A DNA stretch of 64,000 nt, taken from NCBI GenBank assembly GCA_965208325.1, contig OZ242326.1, forward strand, positions 2,784,001 through 2,848,000, in the 5' to 3' direction. Under the pieces are notes generated by a model. That model was not told the origin of the DNA. It worked only from the letters and a program-made list of their open reading frames with translations, and did not search any database. The stretch's first letter is position 1. Each line of letters opens with the position of its first letter. Both the position numbers and the translations under genes were made by a program. Below, one piece after another: positions 59,870-64,000 of this stretch. This stretch comes from Candidatus Poribacteria bacterium (lineage in GTDB: Bacteria; Poribacteria; WGA-4E; PCPOR2b).

Positions 59870-61063
59870 ATGCGTCCAGATGACTTCACAAATTCAACCG
59901 CTGGTAGATGTATGCGCACGATACGCGAACCTGAGTATTGGGCTTATGTGCCGAATCCACTCCCACCCAAAATTGAAGTGGATTGGGAGTTGGTTAATCT
60001 GCTATCCAAGGCAGGCAGCAAGCTTGAAGCGTTATCCGACGCGGGGGAACTGCTCCCTTATGTACATCAGTTAATTAGACCACTGCTTATTCGGCGCGAA
60101 GCCGTAACCAGTTCAAGAATCGAAAACACCCAATCCGGCTTGGACGACCTCTTTCTGTTTGAGGCGAATGAAACCGAACCGTCCCCCGTGTCTGACGTTA
60201 AGGAGGTAATAAACTATGTGAGAGCAATGGAGCATGGAATCAATCGATTGCAAGAGTTGCCGATTAGCTCCCGTCTAATCTGTGAAATACACGGAATCCT
60301 AATGAAGGGGGTACGGGGCGAATATGCCACACCGGGGGAAATGCGGACAAGCCAAAACTGGATTGGTAGCCCCGGGTGCACGTTGATTGATGCCACTTAT
60401 GTTCCGCCGCCGGTCCCAGAGATGAAAGAATGTTTTTCAGACCTAGAAAAATATATCCATTCCGAAGCAAAGGAACCGGCATTGATTCAATGCGCTCTGG
60501 TCCATTATCAGTTTGAGGCGATTCACCCGTTTGTTGATGGCAACGGAAGAATTGGCAGGCTTCTTATCGCATTTATGTTATTGGAGAAGAAGTTGCTATC
60601 ACAGCCCCTTCTTTATCTTTCCGACTTTTTTGAGCAGCATAGAAATGAGTATTATGAATTATTGCTGAATGTAAGCCAAAAAGGGGATTGGAAAGCCTGG
60701 CTTACATTTTTCTTGAACGGGGTTCGTCAACAGTCAGAAGACTCCCTTGCAACGATTCAAAAACTACTTGACTTACAGAAACAATACAGGGTAGTTGCAA
60801 CCGGTCGAAGGGTGCCGATGGCTGTAACCCGCTTGATTGACCATCTTTTTGCTAATCCAATTATCTCAATTTCAGAACTATCAAAGGCTTGGGAGATACC
60901 GTTTCCCACCGTTCAGCGAGGAGTGGATTACCTGATTGAGAAAGGCACGATTACGGAAATAACTGGGGGACAGAGAAACCGTCTGTTTGTTGCACATGAA
61001 ATATTCAATACTATCATGACTGAAAGAACAAAATCGTTGAACCCAACGAAACACCTAACATGA
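59870..61063 (+). CDS. Fic-family protein adenylyltransferase (class II, C-terminal HTH)
   Basis: HPFVDGNGRIGR active motif, N-terminal inhibitory SSRIEN, C-terminal winged HTH. Confidence 0.93.
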   Translation: MRPDDFTNSTAGRCMRTIREPEYWAYVPNPLPPKIEVDWELVNLLSKAGSKLEALSDAGELLPYVHQLIRPLLIRREAVTSSRIENTQSGLDDLFLFEANETEPSPVSDVKEVINYVRAMEHGINRLQELPISSRLICEIHGILMKGVRGEYATPGEMRTSQNWIGSPGCTLIDATYVPPPVPEMKECFSDLEKYIHSEAKEPALIQCALVHYQFEAIHPFVDGNGRIGRLLIAFMLLEKKLLSQPLLYLSDFFEQHRNEYYELLLNVSQKGDWKAWLTFFLNGVRQQSEDSLATIQKLLDLQKQYRVVATGRRVPMAVTRLIDHLFANPIISISELSKAWEIPFPTVQRGVDYLIEKGTITEITGGQRNRLFVAHEIFNTIMTERTKSLNPTKHLT

Positions 61064-61106
61064 GCGAAACGGATGCGGGTTCATGTACGGTGTCTGAAAC
61101 GTAAGC

Positions 61107-61145
61107 AGAAAAGCCCTGCTGAATAAATCCGACAGGGCTTTTTCT
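61107..61145. terminator. Bidirectional intrinsic terminator
   Basis: AGAAAAGCCCTG...CAGGGCTTTTTCT between convergent genes. Confidence 0.75.
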
Positions 61146-61192
61146 ATTATGAAATTTCATCATCTATCCGATGGCGCCGGTATTGCCTGCAA

Positions 61193-61483
61193 TCAGATTT
61201 GTGAGCCGTGAAGCAACGGAGACACGGTTGATTCGATTGGAGGCGCTGGCAGGTCATAATCTGGGAACAGCCATAGTTGCTCTGCCTCATCCGTGATGTC
61301 TTCAACGGACGGTTCGTCGAACGGCGTTGCCGCGTTCGCCCATAGTTCCATCCCCTGAATGCGCGGATTAGCTCTGATGCGGGCGTAAATTCGGGCGCGG
61401 CGTTCATGGTCGATTGTTTCTTGAGCGAAAACTTCGCGCATCAATTTTATGAATCTGTCAGTAGAAAGCTCGGCTTGCATCAT
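61193..61483 (-). CDS. Small hypothetical protein
   Basis: ATGA overlap with the clamp gene stop suggests translational coupling. Confidence 0.55.
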   Translation of the reverse strand: MMQAELSTDRFIKLMREVFAQETIDHERRARIYARIRANPRIQGMELWANAATPFDEPSVEDITDEAEQLWLFPDYDLPAPPIESTVSPLLHGSQI

Positions 61484-62601
61484 CTCATGGGCATTACAAC
61501 GTATTGAAAGTTTTGCGCCAATTCAAGGCGCATTGAATCAGTCGGTTCCGGACGCATCCAGAATATAACTTCGGCGGCATCGGTGTGCATTAACCCGTCT
61601 TCAATGAAACTGGCATCGAATCCTGCCGCAGTACCTTGCCCCTCATACTGAATCGGCACACAAGCTTTCGAATTTCCCCAGCGGGTACTATTTTCAACAG
61701 TCAACTGTCCATCACGAATGCGAAACTCCGTACGGTTGTGGGGGTGGTCGTCACCTATGCGGATGGCTCTGAGTGCCCACAGCAACTCTTGACGACTCAA
61801 CCTGATTTCCAAGCGGGCGCTGTTCGCTTTTTCAAGAACCCACTTATAATCCGCGAAATCCCCTTTCGGTAAGAGGCACCTTAACGAAACCCCCTCAGCC
61901 TCAAAACCCACGGCGTTTTCGGTAAAGCGGAGGCGGCAGACGTTTGGATTCAAGGATTCTATCAAATCAATCATCTTCATGCAAGCGGCATAAGGCATTG
62001 CCCGCATCGGAATAGAGGTTTCCGCTTCGGCTGGTTTATTCATTGATGGTAAGGTAATCACTGCCATCCGTCTGCCATCGGTTGCCACGATTCGTTCTTC
62101 ACCTTCATGTTGATGAAAGAGCGCTCCCGTAAGGAAGGGACGCCGGTTTGCCTCGTCCGAGTCTGATGGCTGTACCGACGCAAACAGAACGGATTTCAGA
62201 GCCGCTCCGAACTGCGTTGCTTGCACTTCATAGTCGGGCGCGTCTGAAAGCGCTTCAAGTTCGGGTTTCTGCCGTTTCCCCGTATGTGTACGCACGGCAT
62301 GCCGATGTTGATTGCCATCAACTTCCAAACACCCATGCCATTTGTGGTGACTGAAACGCAGCCTTTCACCAACCGCGTGGTTGCAGATTCGCGACAGCGC
62401 GTCCGGGGGAACGGTTGCCTTTCCGGTGGCTTCGACCTCCGCTGGAATCGCATAATCTACACGGAAATTCCCGTCGTCGGTGTAGCATCTAAACTGTAGT
62501 TGCGCAGTTTGAATCGTAATCGACAAGTGTGTCCCCGGTTCGTCGAGTTTCAATAGGGTTAAGGCGCGCGTCAGCGCAGCCACATCACAAGTGAATTTCA
62601 T
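61480..62601 (-). CDS. Divergent DNA polymerase III beta sliding-clamp paralogue
   Basis: MKFT start, RPFLTGAL, VATDGRRMA, G.F.DY..V, GF...FI.D.L, C-terminal YVVMPMR; ATG after GGGAGG. Confidence 0.88.
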   Translation of the reverse strand: MKFTCDVAALTRALTLLKLDEPGTHLSITIQTAQLQFRCYTDDGNFRVDYAIPAEVEATGKATVPPDALSRICNHAVGERLRFSHHKWHGCLEVDGNQHRHAVRTHTGKRQKPELEALSDAPDYEVQATQFGAALKSVLFASVQPSDSDEANRRPFLTGALFHQHEGEERIVATDGRRMAVITLPSMNKPAEAETSIPMRAMPYAACMKMIDLIESLNPNVCRLRFTENAVGFEAEGVSLRCLLPKGDFADYKWVLEKANSARLEIRLSRQELLWALRAIRIGDDHPHNRTEFRIRDGQLTVENSTRWGNSKACVPIQYEGQGTAAGFDASFIEDGLMHTDAAEVIFWMRPEPTDSMRLELAQNFQYVVMPMR

Positions 62602-62686
62602 CGGTTCCTCCCCACCCGCAAGGCGTGCATTGAGAAATGTCCTTCCCAATTGATTCCTCCTTGGGTGTGTTTTTCTGAGTCTGGAA

Positions 62687-63244
62687 TTAGAACAGGTCTT
62701 CGATTGATATTTCTCTCTGTTTGAGCAGCCGCAACACCTCATCGCGCAAGGCGTTGCGTGCGCGTTGCCGAAGTGATTTAACAGCGATTTCGCTCCGTTG
62801 AACAATCTTTGCAATCTCTCGGTTCGGCATATTTTCCAATTCGCCCAACACCAGCACCGTGCGGTCGATAGGTCGTAGTTGAAGTAAGGCGGCTTGCAAA
62901 TACTCCCTGCTTTCAGCGTTAATCAACCGTTTGAGCGACGATTCCGTCGAATCCAGCGAGAAAGGCAACGACTGAGTCAATTCATGCGTAATTGGATAAT
63001 CGAATGAAATCGCCGGGCGTTGTTGGCGCTGGCGTAAAAGGTCAATACACCCATTGTACGCGATGCGAAACAGCCACGATCGCACGGCCGCCGGATCAAG
63101 TAATTCAGTCCATCCCTGATACGCTCTGAGAAATGTCTCGGCGGTCATGTCCTCGGCATCTGTCGGGTTCCCTAGTAGCCGAAGAACAAACCGGTAGATA
63201 GCGTCAACATGCGATTCATATACTTCGATGAATGTCTCATCCAC
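62687..63244 (-). CDS. ECF RNA polymerase sigma factor
   Basis: DAEDMTAETFLRAY, SWLFRIAYN..ID, REIA...VKS...RAR..LR. Confidence 0.92.
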   Translation of the reverse strand: MDETFIEVYESHVDAIYRFVLRLLGNPTDAEDMTAETFLRAYQGWTELLDPAAVRSWLFRIAYNGCIDLLRQRQQRPAISFDYPITHELTQSLPFSLDSTESSLKRLINAESREYLQAALLQLRPIDRTVLVLGELENMPNREIAKIVQRSEIAVKSLRQRARNALRDEVLRLLKQREISIEDLF

Positions 63245-63420
63245 AAATGGTGAACCTCGTTGGCTTCTCGATTTTCAAACCTATATGACGAAATAACCGG
63301 GTCAAGGCATCGAAAAATCTGCACCATCCAATTCATCCGAATATCGGTTGATTGACCGATATACATGCGATATACTATTTAAACGTGGTTTCTGATGGAG
63401 ACCCGATAGGATCTGTTATT

Positions 63421-64000
63421 ATGATAAAATTAGGTACGATGTCTTTAAATCTCAGGAATATCGCCGCTACTGAATTTGCACGGATTGTTTACGAACTCGG
63501 TTTCGATGTCATTGAACTACATTCAAGCGCTTTTGAATCGACAGATTTCGGATATCTTCGCGAACTCAAGATGACGTTGATGAAACTAGGGCTTCCGCTG
63601 GGATATATCGGGATTAGCAACGATTTCGGGCGTCCCGTCGATAAACACCCGGAGCAGATTGCGGCAATTAAAAAGTGGATTGATGTCGCAAATTTCATGA
63701 GCTGCCCGCTGGTGCGCGTATTCGGCGCGTATGTCCCTGACGAGTGCGGCGACGAAGAAGCGCTTTGGGCGCCGATGATCGCCGGATTCCAAGAGGTCGC
63801 CGAATACGGATATGAAAAGGGCATCCTAGTCGGTTTACAGAACCACAATCACAACAACCTCACCCGCACCGGCGGCGATATGCTCCGCGCCCTTCGAGAG
63901 ACAGATCGGCCCTATTTTACACATATCTTAGACACCGGACAATATGCCGGGTCACCCGGTGCCAGCGGTCACCGAGGGCAGTCTCATCCCGGTTACGATT
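63421..64000 (+). CDS. Sugar phosphate isomerase/epimerase (AP endonuclease 2 TIM barrel), truncated by window end
   Basis: Own translation: MIKLGTMSL...GFDVIEL...VRVFG...GLQNH...LDTGQ; open to the end of the window. Confidence 0.85.
   Translation, partial: MIKLGTMSLNLRNIAATEFARIVYELGFDVIELHSSAFESTDFGYLRELKMTLMKLGLPLGYIGISNDFGRPVDKHPEQIAAIKKWIDVANFMSCPLVRVFGAYVPDECGDEEALWAPMIAGFQEVAEYGYEKGILVGLQNHNHNNLTRTGGDMLRALRETDRPYFTHILDTGQYAGSPGASGHRGQSHPGYD

Noticed and set aside
62602..62814. 71-aa N-terminal extension on the clamp ORF
   Set aside because: It overlaps the sigma gene; the ATG at 62601 has an SD and gives the typical MKF start.
1..64000. Global UGA recoding, tRNA/rRNA genes, transposases or prophage
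   Set aside because: Conserved genes such as hisG and hisB end normally at TGA, and no RNA gene or mobile-element ORF was recognised.

Overview
Gene-dense bacterial chromosomal window with about 55 CDSs. No rRNA, tRNA, CRISPR array or intact mobile element was seen. The LamG proteins with a C-terminal V(E/D)PxxKLxTTWxx(I/L)K tail, the BMC genes and the many sugar-catabolic enzymes suggest Candidatus Poribacteria or a relative (inference). Housekeeping and metabolic genes include tsaB, hisG/hisB/hisA, nadB, a transaldolase, a polyprenyl synthase, SDRs, cupins, an Fe3+ ABC transporter and bfr. Most notable: (1) a TonB-like-anchor/DUF4159 gene split by one in-frame UGA followed by a hairpin resembling the fdhF SECIS, i.e. 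a candidate new selenoprotein, upstream of a TolB-like gene; (2) a sigma54-type promoter and a 20-bp upstream box that this gene shares with a distant secreted-protein gene; (3) a near-consensus promoter with a Fur-like box firing antisense into bfr toward the iron-uptake operon (excludon-like); (4) a 1095-aa lipoprotein/beta-barrel-like protein followed by ExbB-ExbD-(pseudo exbD)-ExbD, behind a ~900-nt non-coding leader; (5) an ECF sigma/double-FHA/TPR-metallopeptidase module; (6) an ECF sigma/second beta-clamp operon; (7) catalytically degenerate DegP and Wzc homologues; (8) several dispersed REP-like repeat families. All product calls come from motif recognition, without database searches.
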